From Acidimicrobiales bacterium (GTDB lineage Bacteria > Actinomycetota > Acidimicrobiia > Acidimicrobiales > JAJPHD01), in the NCBI GenBank assembly GCA_039583695.1, contig JAVKSL010000009.1, forward strand, positions 118 to 64,117: DNA of 64,000 bases, given 5' to 3'. Under the pieces are notes generated by a model. That model made no database searches. It was not told where the DNA came from and saw only the letters and a list, made by a program, of their open reading frames with translations. Positions 8,075-17,616 of the stretch are shown one piece after another; position 1 is the first letter of the stretch, and each line of letters starts with the position of its first letter. The position numbers were made by a program, and so were the translations under genes.

Positions 8075-8553
8075 CGGGGTGGGAACCTCTCCTTGATACG
8101 GGCCGCCACAGGCGGCGGAACCAGTGCGCTGACATCGCCGCCCAGGCGCGCGACCTCGCGCAGCAACCTTGAGGCGATGAACGAATGCTCAGAGCTGGAG
8201 GCAATGAACAAGGTGTCGATCCCCGACAGGTGCTGGTTCATTTGCGCCATCTGCATCTCGTACTCGAAGTCGGAGACCGCTCGAAGGCCCTTCACGATGA
8301 AGCCCGCACCGACCTCTCTCGCCAGGGTGGCGACCAACCCGGTCATCGACACGATCCTCACCCGATCCAGGTGAGCCATGCACTCAGCCATCATCGCCTT
8401 GCGCTCGTCCAGGTCGAAGAGGGGCTGACCCTTCGCCGGGTTGCGCAGGACCGCCACCACCACGCCATCGAAGAGGCAGTGTGCCCGCTCGACGATCTCC
8501 GCGTGGCCGTCGTGATACGGGTCGAACGAGCCCGGGAAGAGGGCAATCGTCAC
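8071..8553 (-). CDS. coaD: phosphopantetheine adenylyltransferase
   Basis: MTIALFPGSFDPYHDGHAEIVERA (nucleotidyltransferase HxGH) and ...ISSSLLREV-like SRLLREVARLGGDVS. Confidence 0.92.
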   Translation of the reverse strand: MTIALFPGSFDPYHDGHAEIVERAHCLFDGVVVAVLRNPAKGQPLFDLDERKAMMAECMAHLDRVRIVSMTGLVATLAREVGAGFIVKGLRAVSDFEYEMQMAQMNQHLSGIDTLFIASSSEHSFIASRLLREVARLGGDVSALVPPPVAARIKERFPPR

Positions 8554-8583
8554 TCGGGGCCTTTCTTCGATATATGAACCTGG

Positions 8584-9150
8584 CTAAGGGCTGGGATGGC
8601 CGGCAGGACCGACCAGGCTCACCACGCTAGCCCCATAGGACCGGCTGCGGACGGATACCCAGCCGGGTGGGACCGCGACTGGACCCGCAGCCTCAGCCAC
8701 AACCAGGCCCCCCGGCACGACGAGTGGTCCGAGGTCCCTGAGAAGCCTGTCCCAGCCGTCGAAAGAATAGGGTGGGTCACAAAGAACCAGGTCGTATGAC
8801 CCGCCAGCACCTCCCGCCCGCAACCAGTCCACCACGTCGGAGCGCACCACAGTGCCCCGGCTAGCCAGCGGACCGAGAATTCCCAGGTTGGCCCTGATGG
8901 TCATTGCTGCCCGGCGGTCGGCATCCACGAAAGTCGCCTGAGCTGCGCCTCTCGACAGGGCCTCGATACCAAGCGCCCCACTCCCAGCGAATAGGTCGGC
9001 CACTCGGGCGCCCTCGACGCCCCCCCGGCTGGTGAGCATGTCGAATACCGCTTCTCTCACCAAGGTCCTGGTCGGTCGCGCCCTGCCACCGGAGGGCATG
9101 GTCAAACGGCGCCCGCGGGCCTCGCCCCCAACGACCCGCAGGGCGCTCAT
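8584..9150 (-). CDS. rsmD: 16S rRNA (guanine966-N2)-methyltransferase RsmD
   Basis: RVVGGEARGRRL..P....RPT...VREAVF..L, DLFAGSGALGIEALSRGA and the DPPY motif (LCDPPYSF). Confidence 0.88.
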   Translation of the reverse strand: MSALRVVGGEARGRRLTMPSGGRARPTRTLVREAVFDMLTSRGGVEGARVADLFAGSGALGIEALSRGAAQATFVDADRRAAMTIRANLGILGPLASRGTVVRSDVVDWLRAGGAGGSYDLVLCDPPYSFDGWDRLLRDLGPLVVPGGLVVAEAAGPVAVPPGWVSVRSRSYGASVVSLVGPAGHPSP

Positions 9151-9160
9151 GCCCCAAATC

Positions 9161-11320
9161 TTAGCTTTTCAGCAGGTAGTCCGTGTCCTCGGCCTCCAGG
9201 AACAGGCCCACCTCCGCCACCAGCACCGGGTGGACGTCCAGGCCGCCCTCCCCATCCACCAGGGAAAACGCCACCTCACGCGCCGTGGCCACGAGCTCGC
9301 GGTCCTCCCGCAGAGACGCCAGCTTCAGGTCACTGCGTCCCTGCTGGCGGGCACCGAGGATGGTGCCCTCACCGCGCAGGTCCAGGTCGATCTCTGCCAG
9401 CTCGAACCCATCGTCGTGGCGCTCGAGCGCCGCGAGACGCTCGGCCCCCTCCGCGGTGGATGCCTCGCCCAGAAGATAGCACCACGACGGGTTACCGCCC
9501 CGGCCCACCCGGCCCCTCAGCTGGTGCAGCTGGGCCATGCCGAAGCGGGCCGCATCCTCCACCACCATCACCGTTGCGTCGGGCACGTCCACACCCACCT
9601 CGATCACCGTCGTGGCGACCAGGACATCCAGGCGCCCGGCCCGAAAGTCCCCCATTACCGCCTCCCTGTCCCGCGCCGGGAGCTGGCCATGGAGCAGACC
9701 CAGGCGCAGCCCGGCGAACTCCTCCCTCCGCAGGCGGGCCTCCTCCTCCACCGCAGAGGCTGCCTCGATCCGCTCGGAGCCCTCGACCAGCGGGCACACC
9801 ACGTAAGCCCGGCGCCCGGCCGCCACCTCGGAGCGGACCCGCTCCCACGCGGCGGCCACCTCCATCGGACCACGGGCCCAGCACGTGGCCGCCGGGATCC
9901 GCCCCGGTGGGCGCTGGCGCATGACGCTCATATCGAGGTCGCCGAACACGGTCATGGCCGCGGTCCGGGGGATCGGAGTGGCGGTCATCACCAGCACATC
10001 CGGATCCGCGCCCTCGCGTCCCTTGGCGCGCAGGAGGTCCCGCTGCTCCACCCCGAAGCGGTGCTGCTCGTCGATCACCACCACGCCGAGAGAGGCAAAG
10101 CCCACCGACTCGGTGAGCAGGGCGTGGGTGCCAATCGCAATGTCGATTCGCCCGGCAGCCAGCTCGGCGGACAGGCGGGCCCGCTCGGCGGCGGTGTTAC
10201 GCCCAGCCACCAGCTCGACCCGCACAGGGCGCTCCCCGCTCAGGGTGTCTCCGTCGGCCACGACGAGTCCACCCACCAGCTCGCGCACACCCAGGTAGTG
10301 CTGCTCGGCCAGCACCTCGGTGGGAGCCATCAGGGCAGCCTGATACCCGCCGGCCACCCCGACCAGCATGGCGGCTACCGCCACCACGGTCTTGCCGGAG
10401 CCCACCTCGCCCTGCAGCAAGCGGTGCATCGGGTGCGGCCCGCCCAGGTCGCCGACGATCTCTGCCAGGGCCGCCTCTTGCGCTTGGGTGAAGGTGAAGG
10501 GCAGGTTCTGGCGAAATTGAGACAGCATCGCGTCGGTCGCCGCGCCCAGTGAGCCCTGTTGGTCGCCGTGCCGTATCCCTCGGGCGGCGCGCTCGGCAGC
10601 CCGCTTGCGCCCGACCACCTCGACCTGGAGGCGCAGAAGCTCATCGAACGCTAGCCGACGCCGGGCCTCGCCTGCCAGCTCCAGGGTGTCTGGCGCGTGG
10701 ATCTGGCGCATCGCGGTGGTCCGGTCCAGGAGGTTCAGGCCTTGGAGGTGGCTTCGGGGAACCGGGTCGGCCAGCTCCCCAGCCCGCTCCAGGGATTCGT
10801 GGACCCAGGCGCCCAGCTCCCAGCTGGTCAGGTCGGCCTTTTCGGATTGGGGATAGATGGGAACCACCCGGCCGGTGCGGCTCGTTCCGTCGGGATCCCC
10901 GTCGATGAGGTCCACCAAGGGATTGGTCATCTGCCGGCGACCCTGGAATAGCTCCAGCTTGCCGAAGAAAAGGGCCTGGCGTCCCGGACCAAGTTGCTTG
11001 GCTCGCCAGGACTGGTTGAAGAAGGTGACCCTCAGATATCCGGTCCCGTCGAACACATCCACCTCGACCAAGACGCGGCCCTGGTGGGTTCGCCTTGATT
11101 TGACCCTCCTTACGGTGGCGAGAACCGTGGCCTGCTCGCCGATCGTCATCGTGCCGATGGCAGCTTGGGCGGTACGGTCAACGTACCGGCGGGGGTAGTG
11201 GGTCAGCAGGTCCAGCACACTGCGGATCCCGAGGGCCTCGAGGGCGCGGAGCTTTGCGGCACCGACTCCTTTCAGCCGCTCGACACCGATGCGGTCCAGG
11301 GCGGCCAGGGTGCGGGCCAC
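9161..11320 (-). CDS. recG: ATP-dependent DNA helicase RecG
   Basis: 719 aa with an OB wedge region. Helicase motifs GEVGSGKT, DEQHRFGV, MTATPIPRT and QLHQLRGRVGRG. Confidence 0.95.
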   Translation of the reverse strand: MARTLAALDRIGVERLKGVGAAKLRALEALGIRSVLDLLTHYPRRYVDRTAQAAIGTMTIGEQATVLATVRRVKSRRTHQGRVLVEVDVFDGTGYLRVTFFNQSWRAKQLGPGRQALFFGKLELFQGRRQMTNPLVDLIDGDPDGTSRTGRVVPIYPQSEKADLTSWELGAWVHESLERAGELADPVPRSHLQGLNLLDRTTAMRQIHAPDTLELAGEARRRLAFDELLRLQVEVVGRKRAAERAARGIRHGDQQGSLGAATDAMLSQFRQNLPFTFTQAQEAALAEIVGDLGGPHPMHRLLQGEVGSGKTVVAVAAMLVGVAGGYQAALMAPTEVLAEQHYLGVRELVGGLVVADGDTLSGERPVRVELVAGRNTAAERARLSAELAAGRIDIAIGTHALLTESVGFASLGVVVIDEQHRFGVEQRDLLRAKGREGADPDVLVMTATPIPRTAAMTVFGDLDMSVMRQRPPGRIPAATCWARGPMEVAAAWERVRSEVAAGRRAYVVCPLVEGSERIEAASAVEEEARLRREEFAGLRLGLLHGQLPARDREAVMGDFRAGRLDVLVATTVIEVGVDVPDATVMVVEDAARFGMAQLHQLRGRVGRGGNPSWCYLLGEASTAEGAERLAALERHDDGFELAEIDLDLRGEGTILGARQQGRSDLKLASLREDRELVATAREVAFSLVDGEGGLDVHPVLVAEVGLFLEAEDTDYLLKS

Positions 11321-11326
11321 CGGTTC

Positions 11327-12964
11327 CTACTCGACGCTGAGCAGGTAGGGGTACATCGGCTGGCCTCCGTGGTGGATCTCGGCGGTGACTCTGGGCCTTT
11401 GTTCGGCCAGCCACTCCGTGATCCTGCGGGTGTCGGCCGGGCGGGCGCCCTCGCCCTCGATTAGTGTCACCAGCTCGTGGTCGTCGGTGCACAGCTTGGT
11501 CAGGAGGCCGCAGGCCGCTTCGGCAACGGTCGTGCCCACCACCTCGATGCGACCGCCGGACATGCCCAGCCAGTCGCCTTCGGCAATAGGCCCGGCTGCG
11601 GTGTCCGAGGCGCGCACGGAGCGGGTCACCGTGCCGGTGAGCACCCTGGCTGCGGCTGCGGCCATCGCCTTGGCGTTGTCCTGCGCGCTTGACTGGGGGT
11701 CGTACTCCATGAGGGCGGCAAAGCCCTCGCCCACTCCTTCGGTGGGAAGCACGACCACCGACTTGGGCGACATTGCGGCGGCCTGGCGGGCAACCGCGAC
11801 GATGTTGTCGTTGTTCGGCAGCACCAGCACCTGGTCGGCAGGGGCCGCCGCGATGGCCGCCAGAAGCTCGGCGGTGGAGGGGTTCATCGACTGGCCTCCG
11901 CGCACGATCTCGGTGACGCCGAGGGAGTGAAAGATGCGACTGATCCCTTCCCCGTTGGCCACCGCTACCACCGCAGTCACCGGGTCGGGTTGGAGGTCGG
12001 TGGCTTGCCCGCTGGTGGCCCCTTCGCGAACCCAGCGCTCCTCCTCGACCTGCTCGGCCAAGTCGCTCACCCGGATGTTGCGGGGCCGGCCAACGTCGAG
12101 CCCGGCCTCGATGGCTGCACCGATGTCGCCGGTGTGGATGTGACAGTTCCACAGCCCTCCCGTGCCGACCACGACTATCGAGTCACCCATCCCTTCCCAG
12201 CAGGACTTGAAGGCACCGATGAGGTCCTCGGGGGCCTCCAGCATGTACATGACCTCGTAGCGCAGGTCGCCGATGCCGCCCGGCGGAGGACCCGCCGGGG
12301 TGGGCTGGGCCGCCGGGGCTGGCGGGGATGGAGGGAGCGGGCGGGCGGCAACCACAGCCAGGAACGCATCGATGAGCAAGACAAGACCGGCCCCACCGGC
12401 ATCTACCACCCCGGCCCGGGCCAGCACCTCCAGTTGCTCAGGTGTGCGGGCCAGGGCTTCGGCGGCAGCGGCGCCGGCCTGGTCCAGGACCTCCACCATG
12501 CCGGCCCCATGCGTCGCCGCGGCACTGGCGGCGGCGGCGGCGGCGCTGGCCACGGTAAGGATGGTGCCCTCCACCGGCTTGCTGACCGCAGATCGGGCCG
12601 TGTCCGCCGCCTGGGTCAGGGCAACTGCCAGCTCGCCCGGTCCAACCTCGTCCAGGCCAGCGAAGGTGTCGCACATTCCCCGCAGCAGCTGCGACAGGAT
12701 CAGACCCGAGTTGCCCCGAGCGCCCATGAGTGCGCCGTGTCCGATGGCCCTGCAAGTGGCGGCCATCGACGCGTCAGACGGCGCCTCGTCCATCGCAGCC
12801 AGCACCGAGGAGACCGTGAGGGCCATGTTGGTTCCCGTGTCCCCGTCGGGCACCGGGTAGACGTTCAGCCTGTTGATAGCCTCGCGGTGGTCGTCGAGAA
12901 CCTCCCCGTAGCGGCGTAGCACGTCCCGCAGTGCGTCTGGCGTCAGGCGATCGAGCGCGTTCAT
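11327..12964 (-). CDS. yloV: DAK2 domain fusion protein YloV
   Basis: 545 aa. N-terminal Dak2 phosphatase-like motifs (VYPVPDGDTGTNM) plus a C-terminal DegV-like half. Conserved neighbour of recG and rpmB. Confidence 0.9.
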   Translation of the reverse strand: MNALDRLTPDALRDVLRRYGEVLDDHREAINRLNVYPVPDGDTGTNMALTVSSVLAAMDEAPSDASMAATCRAIGHGALMGARGNSGLILSQLLRGMCDTFAGLDEVGPGELAVALTQAADTARSAVSKPVEGTILTVASAAAAAASAAATHGAGMVEVLDQAGAAAAEALARTPEQLEVLARAGVVDAGGAGLVLLIDAFLAVVAARPLPPSPPAPAAQPTPAGPPPGGIGDLRYEVMYMLEAPEDLIGAFKSCWEGMGDSIVVVGTGGLWNCHIHTGDIGAAIEAGLDVGRPRNIRVSDLAEQVEEERWVREGATSGQATDLQPDPVTAVVAVANGEGISRIFHSLGVTEIVRGGQSMNPSTAELLAAIAAAPADQVLVLPNNDNIVAVARQAAAMSPKSVVVLPTEGVGEGFAALMEYDPQSSAQDNAKAMAAAAARVLTGTVTRSVRASDTAAGPIAEGDWLGMSGGRIEVVGTTVAEAACGLLTKLCTDDHELVTLIEGEGARPADTRRITEWLAEQRPRVTAEIHHGGQPMYPYLLSVE

Positions 12965-13021
12965 CCGGATCGGATGCTAACCTCGCTACTTCTCAGTTTC
13001 CGCTAGCGAGGGGTTCACGCA

Positions 13022-13216
13022 ATGGCAGCTGTTTGCGAGGTGTGCGGCAAGCACCCGTCATTTGGCATGAGCATCAGCCACTCCCACCGCCGCACCAAGC
13101 GGCGCTGGGATCCGAACATCCAGCGGGTTCGGGCCGTGGTGAACGGCTCGGTGCGCCGCCTGCACGTGTGCACGTCCTGCATCCGCGCTGGCAAGGTGGT
13201 CAAACCCGCCCGCTAG
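13022..13216 (+). CDS. rpmB: 50S ribosomal protein L28
   Basis: [37 protein letters not shown]... Confidence 0.92.
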   Translation: MAAVCEVCGKHPSFGMSISHSHRRTKRRWDPNIQRVRAVVNGSVRRLHVCTSCIRAGKVVKPAR

Positions 13217-13277
13217 CGGGATCAGGCGAAGCGGTTACAGCTAGCCCGCTCCGACCATCTCAGGGGACCGGCGGACC

Positions 13278-13997
13278 TCAGGGCACCAGGATGCGGCCGC
13301 ATTGGTCGCACGTGGCCACCTCGTCGGAGCCAAGACGACGTAGGCGCTCACGTTCGGCGGCGGGGAGGGCCAGGTGGCAGCCATCACAGGACCCGTTATG
13401 GACCTTGGCCACGCCAATGCCTCCCAGACGCACCCGCAGGCCTTCATAGCGGTTGGCCAGGACCACGGGCAGGCTGGCGACCAGCTTCTGGCGCGCAGCC
13501 CGCTCGACCGCCGCCTCAGCCTCGATCACCAGCTCGGCCGCGCCGAGGGCATCCATCAGACGGGCCTGCTGGGCTTCCATCGCTGCTCGGCTCTGAGCCA
13601 GGTCCTCCAAGCGAGCATCCAGGGGCTCGCCCTCTTCCATCGCCTCAAGCAGCCGATCCTCCACCACCCCTCGCCGACGGCGAAGGGACTCGGCCTCCGC
13701 AGCCATTGCTGAGAGCTCCCGGGACGCTGAGACGCTACCCCCATACAACCGTCCCTCGATCTCGGCTATGCGGGCACCGATGGCGTCTGCCTCCGCCTCC
13801 AGCTGACCTTGGCGATCAGCCAGGTTCTCCCGGTCGATGCGCGCCATCCCCTCGGAAAGCGCAGTCATCGCCAGCTCGGACATGAGGGCGACTATCGCGG
13901 CACGCTCGGGAAGGTTGTCCCGGCGGTGAGCCAGGCGGTCCAGCGCCAGGTCGTGACCCTGCAGCGCCAGCAGCGCGTCGAGGTCGGCGCCCCCCAC
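13278..13997 (-). CDS. coiled-coil protein with C-terminal C4 zinc ribbon (COG1579-like)
   Basis: 239-aa protein with a long coiled coil, then CDGCHLALP....ATCDQCGRILV. The start codon abuts the PBP stop. Confidence 0.75.
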   Translation of the reverse strand: MGGADLDALLALQGHDLALDRLAHRRDNLPERAAIVALMSELAMTALSEGMARIDRENLADRQGQLEAEADAIGARIAEIEGRLYGGSVSASRELSAMAAEAESLRRRRGVVEDRLLEAMEEGEPLDARLEDLAQSRAAMEAQQARLMDALGAAELVIEAEAAVERAARQKLVASLPVVLANRYEGLRVRLGGIGVAKVHNGSCDGCHLALPAAERERLRRLGSDEVATCDQCGRILVP

Positions 13998-16406
13998 CTA
14001 GCCTCCCCGGGCAGTGGTGGCAGTGGTGGCAGTGGTGGCAGTGGTGGCAGTGGTGGCAGTGGTGTCAGTGGTGTCATGGCAGAAGATCCCCGAAGGCGTC
14101 GAGGTGCAAGTCACCCCGGCCGGGTTGGGAAATGTCGTGGTGGTCACACCGGGCGGCAGCGTCGAGGTGGTGGAAACCGGGGGTTGGCCCGGGTAGGTGG
14201 TGGTGGTGCTGAGGATCTCGCCTGGATAGGTGGTGGTGGTCTGGAACCCCGGGAACGTGGTGACGCTGGTTGATGACGATGTCGGGGTGGTCGTGCAAGT
14301 GGTCGCGGGCGCGGCCCCCGGCGTGGTCGAGCTGGTGGACGCCGGGGTCGTTGCAGTGCAGGTGGTGGTCGGAGTGCTGGGCGGGGGGGGCGGGGCAACG
14401 TTTGTGGGGACGGCCTGACCGTATTTTCCAGACACGTCGATAGAAGGTGGCGGAAGGTACTTGCCCGGGCCCACGGGTCCAGGCGCCGGGAACTGGAGGA
14501 CTGGCTGACCCGCGAGCGCCGCGGCCATGAAGTCATGCCAGATCTTGGTTGGGTAGGTCCCTCCGTAGACATCCTCTGGCGTTGCGGGGGGTCGCATGGC
14601 TGCGTTCCCGTTGGGGTCCCCCATCCACACGACAGTTGCCAGCTGGGGCGTATATCCATCGAACCAGGCGTTGGTGTAGCTGTCGGTGGTTCCCGTCTTC
14701 CCAGCTGCAGGCCGCCCCGGGAGCTGCGCTGCGGTGCCGGTTCCCCTCGCGATTACCTGGGTCAGCACGCTGTCTGCCACGGCCGCATCCTCGGGCGAGA
14801 CCACTTGTTGACCTTGCCCCGGAGGCGCTATCAGCACCTTTCCGTCAGGGCCTACCACACGGTCGATGAAGGTCGGCTGATGATAAACCCCGTTGTCTGC
14901 CACCGTGGCGTAAGCGCCAGCCATGGCTATCGGCTCCACTCCCTCGCCACCGATGATGAGGGACGGGTAGGTGGGGTTGGGCACGGTGACGTGCATGATC
15001 GCAGCCTGGTTCACCACCGACGGCAGTCCCAGGTCCAGGCCAAGGCGAAGGTATGCGCAGTTGATCGAGTCGGCTGTCGCCGTGGTCAACGATATGATGT
15101 CGGTGCCCGTCAATCCTTCGGCGTTGTTGGCCTTGTATACCCCTGGGATCGGCCCCGCGAGGCCCGGGTCGCTGAAGTAGCAGGGGGAGCTACCGTCAAT
15201 CGTGTCGTCGATGCTGTAACCCTGGGTGATCGCGTCCAGGAGGGTGAACAGCTTGAACGACGAGCCAGGTTGGCGGCCACCGTTGCCCCCGAGCCCTGTG
15301 ACCACGTCAAAGCCCGCGGTGGTGGAGTTGTTCCCCGGAACCAATGCCCGCACCTCCCCATTCGCCGGGTCGATGGCCACCAGCGCGGCAGTGAACTCGC
15401 CCCCGGTGTCAGGGAGCCCCTGGGCCACGGCGGCATCTGCCGCGGTCTGCATGGTTGGGTTGAGGGTCGTGTAGATCGACAGCCCACCACCGAAGATGGC
15501 GTTGTAACGGTCCTGTGGGGTGGCGCCAAGGGCAGGATTGCCCTCCAAGGCCTTGACTACCTCCTCGAGGAAGGTCGACTGGCCCGGCGGCCCGCCCGGG
15601 ATGTGGACGGTGTGAATGCTCGTGGGCAGGGTCTGGGCCTCCGCGGCTGAGGCCTGAGCCGAGGAGATGCTGCCATCGGTGAGCATCTGGCTGATGGCCA
15701 GATTGCGCCGGCTCAGGGCGCTGGCTGGGTGGATGATCGGGTCGTAGCCCCCGGGATCCTCGATCATCGCGGCAAGAAGGGCGGACTGAGCCAGGTTGAG
15801 CTGGCTGGCATCCTCGTTGAAGTAGGCATACGCGGCGGCCCCGACCCCGTAGGCTCCGTTGCCGAGATAGATCGTGTTGAGGTAGCGCTCCAGGATCTGA
15901 TCCTTGCTCATCTGCTTGGCGAGCCTGAGCGAAAGGATCGCATCTTTGATCTTGCGGCCAAAGGTGCGCTTGGGTGTCAGCACTGTCTCCTTGATGAGCT
16001 GCTGGGTGATCGTGGAGCCACCCTGGAGACCGCCGCCGCCGCCCAAGTCTGCCTTGGCCGCCCGCAGGATCGAGGAAAGGTCAATGGGACTCTGCGTAAA
16101 GAAGCCGCGATCCTCCACGTCCAGGATCGCAGTCACAGCAATCGGCGCCACTTGGGCCAAGGTGACCGGTCGCCGGAAGTCCGAGTCCTGCAGAACCGCC
16201 ATGAGCTGGCCGTTCGCGTTGTAGACCTTTGACGGAAGCGTCAAAGACTTGAGCTGGACCGGGACAGAGGTGTTCACCTTCAGCACCCCGCCCAGCGCCG
16301 GGGCGAAGGGCAACAGCAGCGAGGCCAACAGCCCCAAGCCCAAGCCTCCGGCGAGGATGAGCAGGAGCGCTTGGGCAAACCCAGGGTTCCGGGTGACGGC
16401 TCTCAC
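13998..16406 (-). CDS. class A penicillin-binding protein (transglycosylase/transpeptidase) with Thr/Pro-rich tail
   Basis: N-terminal TM helix. GT51 motifs (EDRGFF, GGSTITQQL). Transpeptidase motifs (GSSFKLF, KTGTT). The last ~160 aa are Thr/Pro/Ser-rich and end in TTA repeats. Confidence 0.9.
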   Translation of the reverse strand: MRAVTRNPGFAQALLLILAGGLGLGLLASLLLPFAPALGGVLKVNTSVPVQLKSLTLPSKVYNANGQLMAVLQDSDFRRPVTLAQVAPIAVTAILDVEDRGFFTQSPIDLSSILRAAKADLGGGGGLQGGSTITQQLIKETVLTPKRTFGRKIKDAILSLRLAKQMSKDQILERYLNTIYLGNGAYGVGAAAYAYFNEDASQLNLAQSALLAAMIEDPGGYDPIIHPASALSRRNLAISQMLTDGSISSAQASAAEAQTLPTSIHTVHIPGGPPGQSTFLEEVVKALEGNPALGATPQDRYNAIFGGGLSIYTTLNPTMQTAADAAVAQGLPDTGGEFTAALVAIDPANGEVRALVPGNNSTTAGFDVVTGLGGNGGRQPGSSFKLFTLLDAITQGYSIDDTIDGSSPCYFSDPGLAGPIPGVYKANNAEGLTGTDIISLTTATADSINCAYLRLGLDLGLPSVVNQAAIMHVTVPNPTYPSLIIGGEGVEPIAMAGAYATVADNGVYHQPTFIDRVVGPDGKVLIAPPGQGQQVVSPEDAAVADSVLTQVIARGTGTAAQLPGRPAAGKTGTTDSYTNAWFDGYTPQLATVVWMGDPNGNAAMRPPATPEDVYGGTYPTKIWHDFMAAALAGQPVLQFPAPGPVGPGKYLPPPSIDVSGKYGQAVPTNVAPPPPPSTPTTTCTATTPASTSSTTPGAAPATTCTTTPTSSSTSVTTFPGFQTTTTYPGEILSTTTTYPGQPPVSTTSTLPPGVTTTTFPNPAGVTCTSTPSGIFCHDTTDTTATTATTATTATTATTARGG
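14011..14073. repeat. 7 x 9-bp in-frame tandem repeat (gcagtggtg) at the PBP 3' end
   Basis: Six perfect units at 14011-14064 plus variant tcagtggtg at 14065-14073. Encodes (TTA)n/TTD on the minus strand. Confidence 0.9.
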
Positions 16407-16492
16407 GACACCACCAAGCGTACTCCCAACGAGTGCCGCGTGGTGGGCACCGGACCGCAGGACCGTGCTCGCCAGCGCTCAGCTCAGCCGGC

Positions 16493-16888
16493 TCAGCCCT
16501 GCACGCGCTGGCGATCCGGTGCGATATGCAGGAAAACCCTCTCGCTTTGGATCATGACCGGGTCGTAGTCGTGACCCGTGTATTTGTTGGACAGGCGGTC
16601 TATATGGGTCCTGGCTTGGTCCCCGTGAGTCACGCCGGTGACCCGGCCCCGGACCTCGGCGTAGCGATAGGGGTTACTCGCATCCCAGATGGCCAGGGTG
16701 ACCCGGGGGTCGCGCTCGACGTCCAGGAACTTCTGTCGGTGCTGCTCAGTGTTGACCAGCAAGTGTGAGTCGTCACAGTCGACCCACACGATGTTGGTCT
16801 GGGGCTGGCCGTCGGGGAGCAGGGTGGTGAGGGCGGCAAAGTTCGGCGCTTGGGCGAGCGCCTTCACGTCTTGGTTGATCATGGCCAC
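16493..16888 (-). CDS. PPOX-class (F420-dependent type) oxidoreductase
   Basis: 131 aa: APNFAALTTLLPDGQPQTNIVWVDCDDSHLLVNTEQHRQKFLDVERDPRVTLAIWD. Confidence 0.85.
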   Translation of the reverse strand: MAMINQDVKALAQAPNFAALTTLLPDGQPQTNIVWVDCDDSHLLVNTEQHRQKFLDVERDPRVTLAIWDASNPYRYAEVRGRVTGVTHGDQARTHIDRLSNKYTGHDYDPVMIQSERVFLHIAPDRQRVQG

Positions 16889-16902
16889 TACGGTATCGGC
16901 TC

Positions 16903-17604
16903 ATGTGTGGGCGCTTCGCGGCCAGCGCGTCTGCCGCCCGGCTGACCGAGCGGTTCGGGCTCGACGCGGTGGCACCGGAGGTCGCCGAGATCGCACCCAG
17001 CTGGAACGTGGCTCCCGGCACTCGGATCCTGGCGGTGCTGCACCGCGATGGCCTGCGCACGCTCGAGGTCCTTCGGTGGGGCCTGGTGCCTTGGTGGGCC
17101 AAGTCTCCTGCTGCGGGCGCCAGGATGATCAACGCCCGGGCCGAGACCCTGGAAAGCTCTGGCGCCTACCGGGGTCCCCTGGCCCGTAGACGGTCGATCA
17201 TCCCGATGGACGGCTTTTACGAGTGGCGACGCCAGGTCGCCGCCGGGGACCGCCGGGCCCCGGGAGGGCGCCAGCCCTACTACTTCAGCGCGCCCGGCGG
17301 CGAGCCCCTGGCGGTGGCCGGGCTATGGGACGCCTGGCGTGACCCCGCAGGTAGCTGGTTGCTGAGCGCCACCATCGTCACCACTTCCGCGCGTGCCCCT
17401 ATTGCCGGGATCCATGATCGGATGCCGGTATTGCTGGACTCCGACAGCGTCGAGGCATGGCTGGACTGCGACCATGTTGGGGCCGCCGGCGCGGCCGCGA
17501 TCCTGGCCCGGGCCACGCAGCCCCTCGAGGCCTGGCCCGTGGACCGGGCAGTCAACCGCGTTGCCAACGACTCCCCCGAGCTGGTGAGGCCCTTACCCAG
17601 TTAG
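16903..17604 (+). CDS. SOS response-associated peptidase (SRAP/YedK family)
   Basis: N-terminal MCGRF (catalytic Cys2), then NVAPG...RWGLVPWWAK...INARAETL...IPMDGFYEW. Confidence 0.88.
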   Translation: MCGRFAASASAARLTERFGLDAVAPEVAEIAPSWNVAPGTRILAVLHRDGLRTLEVLRWGLVPWWAKSPAAGARMINARAETLESSGAYRGPLARRRSIIPMDGFYEWRRQVAAGDRRAPGGRQPYYFSAPGGEPLAVAGLWDAWRDPAGSWLLSATIVTTSARAPIAGIHDRMPVLLDSDSVEAWLDCDHVGAAGAAAILARATQPLEAWPVDRAVNRVANDSPELVRPLPS

Positions 17605-17616
17605 CTTGACCTGGAC

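Noticed and set aside
9032-10552. Long plus-strand ORFs opposite recG, tldD, moaA, moeA, pccB and similar genes. Examples are 9032..10552 (506 aa), 25443..27701 (752 aa), 20078..21325, 21382..22806 and 37649..39226.
   Set aside because: Their composition is Arg/Pro/Gly/His-rich with no recognisable motifs. They lie antisense to genes with unambiguous family signatures. This is the typical stop-poor shadow frame of high-GC DNA.
12981-13011. An 8-bp hairpin (cctcgcta...tagcgagg) overlapping the rpmB Shine-Dalgarno as an L28 autoregulatory leader.
   Set aside because: The stem is short, the 57-bp spacer also has to hold divergent promoters, and I know of no established L28 leader of this form. 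This is not enough evidence to call a feature.
13809-14273. Plus-strand ORF with GSGGSGGSGG repeats, and ORF 14014..14196 (VAVVAVV...).
   Set aside because: These are translations of the 9-bp microsatellite on the strand opposite the PBP gene. The PBP frame has clear catalytic motifs upstream.
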